Virus record (IMG/VR): IMGVR_UViG_3300020045_002431
Coordinates: 1 to 33,151 of that record
Strand: one strand, 5' to 3'
Length of the DNA: 33,151 nt
DNA from: a virus
Lineage: Duplodnaviria; Caudoviricetes
The translations under genes and the position numbers were made by a program. Below the pieces are notes generated by a model that saw only the letters and a list, made by a program, of their open reading frames with translations, was not told where the DNA came from and did no database searches. Below, piece after piece: positions 8,249-16,381 of this stretch. How positions within the stretch are numbered: position 1 is the first letter of the stretch; every line of letters starts with the position of its first letter.

Positions 8249-8421
8249 TCCCAATCCTTTCCAAGTTTCGATACTTTATTAGTAAGCAAATGCACACACC
8301 CCTCTGCCTTGTATTCCTTTGACAATCGCTCTGTAGCGTGATCAGGGCTGCTCCCAATAACATAGACGAATGTTACCACGTCTTTAGGGCTTAGGCAACG
8401 GAATTCATAGAGGTATTTCAT
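8245..8421 (-). CDS. small hypothetical protein (58 aa)
   Basis: MKYLYEFRCLSP...GKDWE*, ATGA overlaps. Confidence 0.65.
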   Translation of the reverse strand: MKYLYEFRCLSPKDVVTFVYVIGSSPDHATERLSKEYKAEGCVHLLTNKVSKLGKDWE

Positions 8422-8633
8422 TGACCTACTTTTCCTTGCACCCCGTTACCACAAGTGAATGCACCAAGCACGCTAACCTTCTTCAATCCTAGGTTGACTT
8501 GGCAGACCTCCTCCGCCTTAGCAATGTCTTTCTGCAAGCGGGCATAGTCCATTTTGTCAGTTACAAGAATCACCGCACTGCAGAGAAATCCACAGAGAAA
8601 CGTGAAGCTTATGACGGCAATAATCTCTTTCAT
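8418..8633 (-). CDS. small membrane-anchored protein with two conserved-looking Cys
   Basis: N-terminal hydrophobic helix; AEEVCQVNLGL...CGNG resembles 20471..20683. Confidence 0.7.
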   Translation of the reverse strand: MKEIIAVISFTFLCGFLCSAVILVTDKMDYARLQKDIAKAEEVCQVNLGLKKVSVLGAFTCGNGVQGKVGQ

Positions 8634-8634
8634 A

Positions 8635-8814
8635 TCACTTCTCCTCCACAACACAGCAACGCACTACTTGATTCTGGCTCTCATAGTGCTTGCGAATAAA
8701 ATTGATAACATACTCGTTATCCCGTTCAACATCATCGCAGAAGTTATCCTGTACAACGGAGTTTCCGCTGATGCTGTCTGACAGCTTTGTGTGGCAGCGT
8801 TTTGTGAATGTCAT
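8635..8814 (-). CDS. small hypothetical protein (59 aa)
   Basis: MTFTKRCHTKLS...CCVVEEK*, TAATG overlap. Confidence 0.6.
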   Translation of the reverse strand: MTFTKRCHTKLSDSISGNSVVQDNFCDDVERDNEYVINFIRKHYESQNQVVRCCVVEEK

Positions 8815-9002
8815 TAGTATTTCCTTGGTAAGCTGTCAGAGTAGTCTAAGAAATAGCCCTCTGCAGATAACCCTATGCTTGTTTGCCAAAACCCGAGTGT
8901 AATAGCTCCTAAAAATCCTGCTGCGCACTCCGCAAGACAAACAACCCAGCGAAGAAAATACCATTTGTACGTGTATTCCATGTCCCTCTCCTTATTCAAC
9001 AT
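8814..9002 (-). CDS. small hydrophobic hypothetical protein
   Basis: 62 aa (likely start MEYTY at 8981 with AGGAG RBS); hydrophobic core. Confidence 0.65.
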   Translation of the reverse strand: MLNKERDMEYTYKWYFLRWVVCLAECAAGFLGAITLGFWQTSIGLSAEGYFLDYSDSLPRKY

Positions 9003-9471
9003 TACTCAAAAATTTGTAAGCAGCAATGATTTTGTCATGTCCTACTTTGGTAGCTGCCGCGATGGCAAGCTCTTCGGAGGGGAATGGCGGGAACAGGGTG
9101 AAGCAATACTTGTAACTAGCACAAGTGCCATTAAATTCTTCATTCTCGTCCATCCAATGTGACACGTTACCTTCACCTACCTTCCCAGCCCCTTCACATT
9201 GCCGCAGAGCAATCATAACATGGAAAGCATTGGCAAAGCCTTCTGCTACGGAGCGTTCTTTGAAGGAGTTAAGATCAAGGTCATTATAACGGCCACCTTT
9301 GTCTACCTCTCCGTTAAGATGAAGGGCTACGAAATAGCAGTCTTCGTTAACATCAGCTAAAGCCCAAGGGGATTCTACCTTCGTAGCTTCCCCCACCTTA
9401 GCCAGTACCTCAATTTGCTGCTGAATACTGTTGAGCTGTGCTTGCAGAGACTCGATAGTTTGTTTGGTCAT
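8992..9471 (-). CDS. hypothetical protein with N-terminal coiled coil
   Basis: MTKQTIESLQAQLNSIQQQIEVL..., AAGGAG RBS. Confidence 0.8.
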   Translation of the reverse strand: MTKQTIESLQAQLNSIQQQIEVLAKVGEATKVESPWALADVNEDCYFVALHLNGEVDKGGRYNDLDLNSFKERSVAEGFANAFHVMIALRQCEGAGKVGEGNVSHWMDENEEFNGTCASYKYCFTLFPPFPSEELAIAAATKVGHDKIIAAYKFLSNVE

Positions 9472-9481
9472 TTTGAGCTCC

Positions 9482-9652
9482 TTAATTGAGGACTGCAGCG
9501 ATAAGATTGGAAGGGCCAATCAGCAAATAGATTGCCCAGACAACTTGAATGCTAAAGAACATCTTCATAAGTACATTGGGCCAATTATTTGTATTCCAAA
9601 TAAAGCTAAACAGAAGTGCTACCAAAGCCTGAACCAGAATAAAGTATGTCAT
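9482..9652 (-). CDS. small 2-TM membrane protein (56 aa)
   Basis: MTYFILVQALVALLFSFIW...; AAGGAG RBS; directly after a promoter. Confidence 0.7.
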   Translation of the reverse strand: MTYFILVQALVALLFSFIWNTNNWPNVLMKMFFSIQVVWAIYLLIGPSNLIAAVLN

Positions 9653-9688
9653 GTCATTCTCCTTGTGTTGTTTATGAAGCATGTAGCT

Positions 9689-9717
9689 ATAGTATCTAAG
9701 CGAGGAAGGGTTGTCAA
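9689..9717 (-). promoter_or_regulatory. sigma70-like promoter
   Basis: TTGACA-17-TACTAT. Confidence 0.75.
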
Positions 9718-9791
9718 GAATTATTTGCAAGCAAAATTTGCAAGTAATTACGGACATAAAGTGGAGATGGAAGGGGATTACGGACAGCACA

Positions 9792-9995
9792 TTAATTGTA
9801 TCCTTCATGCGTAGCCAGCAAGCACATCAGCAACTCTCCCATCTCACAGAGCTTCTCTGCTGTCATCTGCATGAGAACATTACCCATCTCTTCCTCTGGC
9901 ACGCTTTGGTGTATCTCCTCCAATAGCTGCTCTACATCAGCGGCAATGGCTTGGTATTCTGGCTGAAGCATGTACAACGGCGCAGGTGCATTCAT
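9792..9995 (-). CDS. small acidic hypothetical protein (67 aa)
   Basis: MNAPAPLYML..., AAGGAG RBS. Confidence 0.7.
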   Translation of the reverse strand: MNAPAPLYMLQPEYQAIAADVEQLLEEIHQSVPEEEMGNVLMQMTAEKLCEMGELLMCLLATHEGYN

Positions 9996-10017
9996 AATCT
10001 CTCCTTGTGTTGTTGCC

Positions 10018-10067
10018 CAAAGAAAAAGGGCATACCTCAGTGTATGCCCCCTCCTACAACTTGTCAA
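10018..10067 (-). promoter_or_regulatory. overlapping intrinsic terminator and sigma70-like promoter
   Basis: TTGACA(10062-67)-17-TACACT(10039-44); hairpin GGGCATAC-6-GTATGCCC (10028-10049) followed by UUUUUCUUU. Confidence 0.7.
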
Positions 10068-10075
10068 TCTTTTTC

Positions 10076-10552
10076 TTACATTGCTTGTCCCGACTTCAGG
10101 CCAAGGAAGTGCAGTATTTGCTCAAGCATCTGCTCAGTTTTGTGGATGTCCATCTCCATCAAGGCTAGGCGCTGGAACAGGGGAACTTCGCTGTTGGCAA
10201 TCTCAGCTATTGTTGTGGCTACATTCTTCACTTGCTCTACCTTGCGATGTACTGGGTTGAGGACTTGCACGCGGCGATGACGAGGTTTAGCTCCGCGAGC
10301 ACGGAGGGTTTCCAAGTAGGTTGCGCTGTAGAGGTGCCTCTTGCCGTGCATTGCAGCGATTTCCGGCTTATCCCTTGAGATCGTGGCATACACCCAAGAG
10401 TTTGATAGGCCAAGTTCTGTTGCAATTTCTTCAGTGGTGTAGAGCTTCTTAGCCAAAGAACTGTGTTGAGCTGCTTTAGCGATTACCTCCCCCTGTGCGC
10501 TAACCTTGCGTTGAGCATTTGCTACTGCATATTGCATCGTGGTTGCATTCAT
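10076..10552 (-). CDS. MerR/excisionase-like HTH DNA-binding protein with C-terminal coiled coil
   Basis: LYTTEEIATELGLSNSWVY...KRHLYS winged-HTH pattern; AAGGAG RBS before ATG at 10552. Confidence 0.7.
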   Translation of the reverse strand: MNATTMQYAVANAQRKVSAQGEVIAKAAQHSSLAKKLYTTEEIATELGLSNSWVYATISRDKPEIAAMHGKRHLYSATYLETLRARGAKPRHRRVQVLNPVHRKVEQVKNVATTIAEIANSEVPLFQRLALMEMDIHKTEQMLEQILHFLGLKSGQAM

Positions 10553-10630
10553 GGCGAATCTCCTTATGGGTATCTGGCAAAATTGCCTTTGATCTGGGAC
10601 AAACATTCTGCTGTCTGCCTCCATGAATTC

Positions 10631-10659
10631 AGATTAGGAAATGGCTAGGAGGAATGCAA
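10631..10659 (-). promoter_or_regulatory. sigma70-like promoter
   Basis: TTGCAT-17-TAATCT. Confidence 0.5.
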
Positions 10660-10715
10660 GAAAGAAATTGGTAGGGAGATTCCCTGACGGAGAGAGGCTT
10701 ACAGGGTTGGTAGGG

Positions 10716-10755
10716 GAAAAGGAAAAGAGAAAGACCCCGCCTACTGGCGGGGTCT
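10716..10755 (-). terminator. intrinsic terminator after nrdJ
   Basis: AGACCCCGCC-4-GGCGGGGTCT then UUCUCUUUUCCUUUU on minus strand. Confidence 0.85.
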
Positions 10756-10760
10756 GGTTG

Positions 10761-11680
10761 TTACTTCACTTCACAAGCCCCGCCACCGCAAGCTGCTTGG
10801 TCATTCAAGTTTGTGTTGTCGTCTTCTTCCACTACTTTAGAGAGATCAATATCTTTCAAGTAGCCCATCATTTTCTCGTACACTTCTTTGCTGCAGTCTT
10901 CAAACGGGGCTTGGGTGTAGCTGCCCCCATCATAGTTCAGCACGGCAATACCTGTGTAGAAGTCCTTGTTGTCCCACATCCAAGCACCAACTGTCTCCCA
11001 CTCTTCGTCCCGAACAGAGATTGTGCACGATACGTTGTGCATGTTGTCGCCCTCGATATGCCCCGGCGTGATCCACTCTTGATTCAACTTCTTCACGCGT
11101 TCAAGCGTCGTCAAGGCCGTCTCTGTTCGCAACAGGGCACCTTCTGGAGCCTTCTGAGGAAAACTTAGCACAGCCTCGATGTGGGGCTTTGACTGACAAT
11201 CCTCCACAAGTTCTGGAAGGTTATCAAGCATATACTGGTACAACGCCTCATTCTTGCCGACGCGCATGCGGCGGATGTAGTAGTCATTATACCAAGCATG
11301 CACGCCAGAAGAAGTTCCCAACACACAACTCGTGCTGCCTGCTGGCTTGAGCGTGGTGACGCGCTTTGCTTTCTTAATACCGATCAGCTTTGCTACGCGT
11401 TCGTTCTCCTCTACTGCTACTTTTGCTGCTGCTGTCAAATCTAGCGTCAATACCTTCCCGCTGCCCACGCCTGTGATGCCAACACCAAGAAGAGAGTCCT
11501 CCTCTGTAGTTGTACGCCACACTTCCCGTAGATAATGGAAGTCTGTGTAGCCAGCCTGCAGCGTCCCCAAGAAAGCTCCAGCACGGATACGGTCTTCCAA
11601 CTCCTGTTGTGTTTCTACGTCTGATACATTTGTCTCAGTCAAATTACAATAAGAATTTGAACGGAGGCTGATTTCTGCGC
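10761..11680 (-). CDS. nrdJ: class II (B12-dependent) ribonucleotide reductase, exon 2
   Basis: (T)GC-AEISLRSNSYCNLTE..., TTLKPAGSTS, HNVSCT, YTQAPFE, C-terminal CGGGAC redox pair; spliced product 617 aa. Confidence 0.92.
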
Positions 11681-11860
11681 CTCACACCGACGAATTACAT
11701 TGGCCTATCGTCTCGTGCGCTGGACTATCGCATAGCTACTTCTGTGCCCTCCCCCGCTTAGTCTCTCACGCTGCACAGCTCTCGCTTGCTTGCGCCCTGT
11801 CGCCGCACCACCGGCTTCCAAGTCAATAAGGGGGAGTTTATTCAATCCACACGTATGTTT
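11681..11860 (-). mobile_element. ORF-less group I self-splicing intron (180 nt) in nrdJ
   Basis: 5' exon ends in U; P1 AAUCCAU/GUGGAUU with U-G wobble at the splice site; P3 CUCCCCC/GGGGGAG; P7 GACUA/UAGUC; P9 GACGA/UCGUC; terminal G; removal restores NP-C-AEI. Confidence 0.9.
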
Positions 11861-12794
11861 ATGGATTGGTTCCGATGTCATAATCATGTGTCCAGAAGAT
11901 GCCCGGCTCCCCGGCATTTGATTCTTCAACACGCTTCCAGATAAAATCAAACTCTTCTTTAGTGGTTTCGTTACGATGTAATACCACACTGTTATTAGCA
12001 CGCCCTCGTTGGGGGTTTAGCTCCCACCACGCACCACTCTTGCAAGTAAGCATGTCCATATTGTCCTTGTCAAACATGACAATACATGCCGCACGTCTAA
12101 TTCCGCCGCTGAGAACCGCGTCTGCCTCGTGACAAATCATGTCGTGAGCTTCGATTGGGAGTAGCTTGCGGCCAACAGCACCTTCGAGGATGCTTCGCAT
12201 CTGCTCGATACAAACTCGCAAAGGTGCTGGCCCGGGAGCCTTGCCTCCTGACGTTACGAGCCTTGCCCCTTTTGGCCGAATATCCCGATAGTCGAACACT
12301 GGATTAGATCGACCAAGGAAGTAAGCCTTCACCAGTGCCTTTACTGCATCAGCCCAGCCTTCAATGCTGTCTCCAACTAAAAACTTCTTGTTCTTCCCAT
12401 TAGTCCCAAGTACAACAGGTAGCTGGTCAATGTGGCGCTTTTGCACAGAGTATCCACAGCCACTTCCACAAAGTAGGTTGAAAAGGACCTCACTGAAGCA
12501 AGCCATGTTATCGATATTTGAAAAGCTGCAGTTGTAAATACGGGTATTTGACAGTTCAATCGGTGCTCCACCAAACTGTAAGCTGCGCATACTTGGGAGA
12601 ACTTTCTTTGGGATTACATACTTTCGGTAGATTTCTTTAATCTCTTCTCGAAGCTGTGGATATTTGCGAATGTGCATTGCCATATTACGTTCGGACAAAT
12701 CTTGCCAGTCTTCTCGTCGTTTTGCTTCTCGAATATATTTTGCGTACTTATTAAAAATAGTTACATCAGACAACACTTTTTGCGACAGATCCAT
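11861..12794 (-). CDS. nrdJ: class II (B12-dependent) ribonucleotide reductase, exon 1
   Basis: KVLPSMRSLQFGG, YNCSF, GSGCGYS, GGKAPGP, GGIRRAA, RANNS, GEPG, ends GTNP; no nrdB in window. Confidence 0.92.
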
Positions 12795-13540
12795 TATTCT
12801 TGTTCCTCATGTTTTTGTTTCATGGCCTCTTCGGGGCTAAGCCCATGAAACTCTCCGTAAAATACCCCAATCTCCTCTAGACGTTTAATAGCGGCCTTTC
12901 TGAAAAGGATTGCCATTTCTCTTGCCTCACTCAGCCCGTATTTCTTAATAGAGAAGGATTTCGATCTATACTTTCCGCCCTCCATCCAACACGCAAGATA
13001 GGAAGTTTCCCTGAATTGGACGCCTGTGGCCCCGGAAGTATTGTCCTTCCTTTTCCTTCGGTTTAAGGCCTGATCTTCCAGTATCACCCATTTGCAATTT
13101 TCCTTGTTGTAATTCCCATTTACGTCCTCCCGCTCCAAGGATAGTCGTGGCTCATATGTAGGGAGCATGTCTTCAAGAAACTTCTCAAAGGAATCTAACC
13201 AAGCGGTGCAAACTGTAACCCCCCGCCCACCATAGTCTTTATATTTCGCGTTATTAGGATTGATGCAACGCTGTTTCATATGCATCCAATGGTCATACAA
13301 CTTTGTGCCAGTAAGCCCGTGTGTTTTCATTCGCTTAGACAATAGATCTTTCTTCAGACAACCACAAGACTGCTTTTGACCTGTATTTAAGGTGTTTGTA
13401 GTTACCACTGCACTGTTTCCACACTCACATAGGCAGTCCCATTGGCGATCTCGCCTTTCTCCTCGCAGTAGTATCCCATGAAAGGAAGTCACTGTTAGCC
13501 TCCCAAACACTCTCCCTGTCAGGTCATCTTTTATCTTCAA
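12794..13540 (-). CDS. free-standing HNH homing endonuclease with C-terminal AP2-like domain
   Basis: FGRLTV...WDCLCECG...SCGC...YGGRG...SLEREDVNGNYNKENCKW...NTSGATGV...KSFSIKKYG; TTG start with AAGGAG RBS; stop overlaps nrdJ ATG. Confidence 0.88.
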   Translation of the reverse strand: MKIKDDLTGRVFGRLTVTSFHGILLRGERRDRQWDCLCECGNSAVVTTNTLNTGQKQSCGCLKKDLLSKRMKTHGLTGTKLYDHWMHMKQRCINPNNAKYKDYGGRGVTVCTAWLDSFEKFLEDMLPTYEPRLSLEREDVNGNYNKENCKWVILEDQALNRRKRKDNTSGATGVQFRETSYLACWMEGGKYRSKSFSIKKYGLSEAREMAILFRKAAIKRLEEIGVFYGEFHGLSPEEAMKQKHEEQE

Positions 13541-13584
13541 TTGCTACTCCTTCTTCATTAGAATTATATTTTACTAGGGTACAC

Positions 13585-13613
13585 ATCTTATCACACATAT
13601 ACTCAGAAGTCAA
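13585..13613 (-). promoter_or_regulatory. sigma70-like promoter for HNH-nrdJ
   Basis: TTGACT-17-TAAGAT with TG extended -10. Confidence 0.7.
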
Positions 13614-13631
13614 ATATATGGCGATATTTAT

Positions 13632-13727
13632 TTACCACTTATGCCATACATTCAATATCAAAACGGCACAAGTAATCATCTCCACAATACGCATTGCCCA
13701 GAGGATGTTATTAGTTGGTGGTTTCAT
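13632..13727 (-). CDS. small hydrophobic peptide (31 aa)
   Basis: MKPPTNNILWAMRIVEMITCAVLILNVWHKW*, GGAGG RBS. Confidence 0.5.
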   Translation of the reverse strand: MKPPTNNILWAMRIVEMITCAVLILNVWHKW

Positions 13728-14508
13728 TTATCCTCCGTTGTGCAATGTGTTTCTTAATACGCTCAATAGCCGTAAGGCTGTATTCCTCGTCTTTCTCGAT
13801 GCATATCCAGCTTCGTCCAGAGTTCTCCGCACCAAGGGCCGTAAAACCACTTCCAGCAGTATTATCTAATACAGTATCCCCCTCATTACTATATGTCCTA
13901 ATCAGCCATTCAGCAAGAGCAACTGGCTTTTGCGTAGGATGAATACGTTGCTGTGCAGATACGTCCATCGGAATGTTCAGAGTACTCTTAGGATAACGGG
14001 TGCCCTCGTTAGAGAATTCAGTGCGAGGCTTCAGCCCGTATCCGTGATTATTCACTCGCCCAACGTACCCTTCAGGATTCTTGCTCTTTCGGGAATATGG
14101 CTCACCTATCTCCATCTGCGGGTTATACACCGTACGTTTTGGAGCGAATACGAGAATATCTTCATGTGTTTGCATGGGCCTGATGTTTGCAAGGCCCGGA
14201 CTACCGCACTTGTTCTTGTTCCAGACGAGAGCTTGCTTAAACCACTTCGGGTTGCTCTGGACAACAGCAGATGTAAAGGGTTGATTGTCAAACAAGATGA
14301 CTGTGCCCGTAGGCTTCAGCACGCATTTGTAGGCTTCCCATAGCTCATCAAACGGAAGAACAATGTCAAAGCTACAATTTGTGGTGCCATAGGGCAAATC
14401 AGCGAGGATTAAATCGACAGAGTTCTCAGGCGCTTCTGCCATAACATCGAAGCAATCCCCAGTGTACCACACTCCATTACCTATAGACTCGCTTGTGTAG
14501 CTGCTCAT
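13711..14508 (-). CDS. beta-class N6-adenine/N4-cytosine DNA methyltransferase
   Basis: catalytic DLPYG near N-terminus, HPTQKP, SAM-binding VLDNTAGSG near C-terminus. Confidence 0.92.
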   Translation of the reverse strand: MSSYTSESIGNGVWYTGDCFDVMAEAPENSVDLILADLPYGTTNCSFDIVLPFDELWEAYKCVLKPTGTVILFDNQPFTSAVVQSNPKWFKQALVWNKNKCGSPGLANIRPMQTHEDILVFAPKRTVYNPQMEIGEPYSRKSKNPEGYVGRVNNHGYGLKPRTEFSNEGTRYPKSTLNIPMDVSAQQRIHPTQKPVALAEWLIRTYSNEGDTVLDNTAGSGFTALGAENSGRSWICIEKDEEYSLTAIERIKKHIAQRRINETTN

Positions 14509-14633
14509 TCTTTCTCCTTCATAACCATTAAAAACGCCGTCAGTGCAATAATCACCAGCGGATAAACAGAAGGGCTTCGCAGGAAGCTATTCACGCAACT
14601 ACACACCATAACACCGTAGCAGAAATAACTCAT
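14505..14633 (-). CDS. small hydrophobic protein (42-46 aa)
   Basis: MSYFCYGVMV...LVIIALTAFLMVMKEKE*, ATGA overlaps both sides. Confidence 0.5.
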   Translation of the reverse strand: MSYFCYGVMVCSCVNSFLRSPSVYPLVIIALTAFLMVMKEKE

Positions 14634-15121
14634 TCTTGATAACACTTTGTATCTCCCTTCTTCATTTTGTATTCACGCAGAAGCTGCAAGAAGCCTGTGA
14701 ATGCCTCCGGGTAGCTACCAACTTGAAAGCAGGATCTTGCAACATCCAGAGGAACATCGTACATCTGAGCCTGTGCTGTGATGTATTCTTGCATTGTTGG
14801 ATAGCCGAGATACTTTGCTTTAGCTAGGAAGGCTTCTCGTTCTACTGGCACTTTATTCATATCCCACTCAACCTTTACAGCATGGTCTGTAAGATTGAAG
14901 CTATCAGGCTTCTTTTCCCAACCATCCTTGAAGCCCTTAATATAAGCCTCGAACTTTGCAGACTTCTCTTCACGGAGTTCTTCCAATGTTGGGGCACTCT
15001 CTGTTCGCGAATAGCAATCAAGAAGCATCTCCGCAAAATGATACCTCGTCATAGGCTCTCCCTCTGCAATAGCTGCTGTCATGGCTCGTTGCCACAGGAT
15101 ATCGATTTCTTGTCTAGTCAT
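14630..15121 (-). CDS. hypothetical protein
   Basis: MTRQEIDILWQRAM..., GGAG RBS. Confidence 0.75.
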   Translation of the reverse strand: MTRQEIDILWQRAMTAAIAEGEPMTRYHFAEMLLDCYSRTESAPTLEELREEKSAKFEAYIKGFKDGWEKKPDSFNLTDHAVKVEWDMNKVPVEREAFLAKAKYLGYPTMQEYITAQAQMYDVPLDVARSCFQVGSYPEAFTGFLQLLREYKMKKGDTKCYQE

Positions 15122-15710
15122 TGATTTTCTCCAGTCCGTGAGTATCTGTATAGCCAGCGCCATGCTGGTTCAACTCTAAAATAAATTGTTCGCGGGCTTT
15201 ACAAGCCATGATAAATGCCTCTTTCTCTCCCAGCTTTTTGATAGAAAAATGTTTGTACTTGCCTCTGCCATTAACGTGTGCCCTAGCAGTATAGTAATAC
15301 CTTGTCCCACTTTTCGTTAATGTGACGCCAGTAACACCAGAAGTGTTGTTTTTAGACATACGCACATTTCTATTATTTAGGTTGCGTTCAACTAGGCGTA
15401 GATTGATAGCACGATTATCCGACCTGTTTTGGTTTATATGGTCTATAAAAAGGTTCTGTGGGGCTTCGCCGTAAAGGAGTGCCCAAACTATTCTGTGTAC
15501 TCTGTAATTAACACCGTTTATTATAACATGGCAATACCCCGTTCTGGCACACAATCCACCGGCCCGATCTCCTGCCAACCTACTACTCTTGTTCTTACCT
15601 TTACTGTCAATCTTGTATTTTAAGCAGCCTACCACAGATTCGTCGTATTCCAACAGGTGTTCAAACATCTCCCTTACACAGATTTTTGTGGTCTGTTTAC
15701 TCTTAGTCAT
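15114..15710 (-). CDS. HNH endonuclease (HNH_3-type) with C-terminal AP2-like domain
   Basis: YRVHRIVW...IDHINQNRSDNRAINLRLV...NNTSGVTGV...KHFSIKKLG. Confidence 0.9.
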   Translation of the reverse strand: MTKSKQTTKICVREMFEHLLEYDESVVGCLKYKIDSKGKNKSSRLAGDRAGGLCARTGYCHVIINGVNYRVHRIVWALLYGEAPQNLFIDHINQNRSDNRAINLRLVERNLNNRNVRMSKNNTSGVTGVTLTKSGTRYYYTARAHVNGRGKYKHFSIKKLGEKEAFIMACKAREQFILELNQHGAGYTDTHGLEKIND

Positions 15711-15741
15711 TTCCTTCTCCTTTAGTTAACGCGATAACGTC

Positions 15742-15770
15742 ATCATACCACCCAAACACTTGAACGTCAA
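15742..15770 (-). promoter_or_regulatory. sigma70-like promoter, head of left arm
   Basis: TTGACG-17-TATGAT with TG extended -10. Confidence 0.75.
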
Positions 15771-15846
15771 GCCTTTTGTGCAACAAAACCTACCACGGCC
15801 AAGATATGTAACACGGCCATGTTAGAAAATAATTTCTCCACAAAGC

Positions 15847-15875
15847 TTGACTTCTGTGTATTTATGTGAGACAAT
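15847..15875 (+). promoter_or_regulatory. sigma70-like promoter for candidate ncRNA
   Basis: TTGACT-17-GACAAT with TG extension; spacer resembles the 13585-13613 promoter. Confidence 0.6.
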
Positions 15876-15881
15876 GCTCAT

Positions 15882-16310
15882 ATGAAGTCTTGCTGTGTGT
15901 ATCGGAGAAACTAACGTTCCGCATAGCTCGTATCGTCCTAAGAAGAAACTGCACATAGGACAAGGTTGGTAACGGTGATGGAAAGAGCTTTCGAGGGATC
16001 TGATGCTAGATTTCCTTCCCTTGTGTTTAGGGGATACATCGCTTACAGGAAACCTGCAGAGTGGCATTGTGATAGCCATAACTCCTGTACTCGCGGATGG
16101 CACAACATCTCAAGAGAAGCTAGACGACACGAGGGTAATTGTGTTGAATGCTTACTACGCCCTTATCCTTCCTTGCTTAATAGCTTGGTTTGGGTAGGGG
16201 TAACTATAAGCATTCTCCTCTCAGGTAATTATAAGTAATACTTATAGGTTATATAAAGTATACCTTTAAGGTGTACACTACTAAGTATACTACATAGCAC
16301 AAGAACACCC
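15882..16310 (+). ncRNA. candidate large structured non-coding RNA (about 430 nt)
   Basis: 5' end (15888-15902) pairs with 3' end (16287-16304); many nested helices; bounded by promoter and terminator; no credible ORF. Confidence 0.55.
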
Positions 16311-16356
16311 AGCCCTGCCAAGAGCCTAACAAGCTTCTGGCAGGGCTTTCTTCTTT
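16311..16356 (+). terminator. intrinsic terminator
   Basis: AGCCCTGCCA...TGGCAGGGCT followed by TTCTTCTTT. Confidence 0.75.
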
Positions 16357-16381
16357 GTGTAAAATAAATAGAGAAGAATGC

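Noticed and set aside
11681-11860. Stop read-through, frameshift, intein or pseudogene explanation for split nrdJ
   Set aside because: The insert is in frame but has a second TAA seven codons after the first, and unspliced it gives GGC (Gly) rather than the essential Cys; group I core elements explain it fully.
11705-12001. 98-aa ORF across the intron as an intron-encoded protein
   Set aside because: Starts out of frame inside exon 1, runs through the ribozyme core and has no nuclease motifs.
15794-15819. CACGGCCA direct repeat between the divergent promoters
   Set aside because: An 8-mer seen twice could be an operator but is too weak to report without conservation data.
15882-16310. tmRNA, RNase P, tRNA cluster or group I/II intron identity for the structured region
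   Set aside because: I could not find the tmRNA acceptor ends, the RNase P GAGGAAAGUCC motif, T-loops, a P7 pair or group II domain V.
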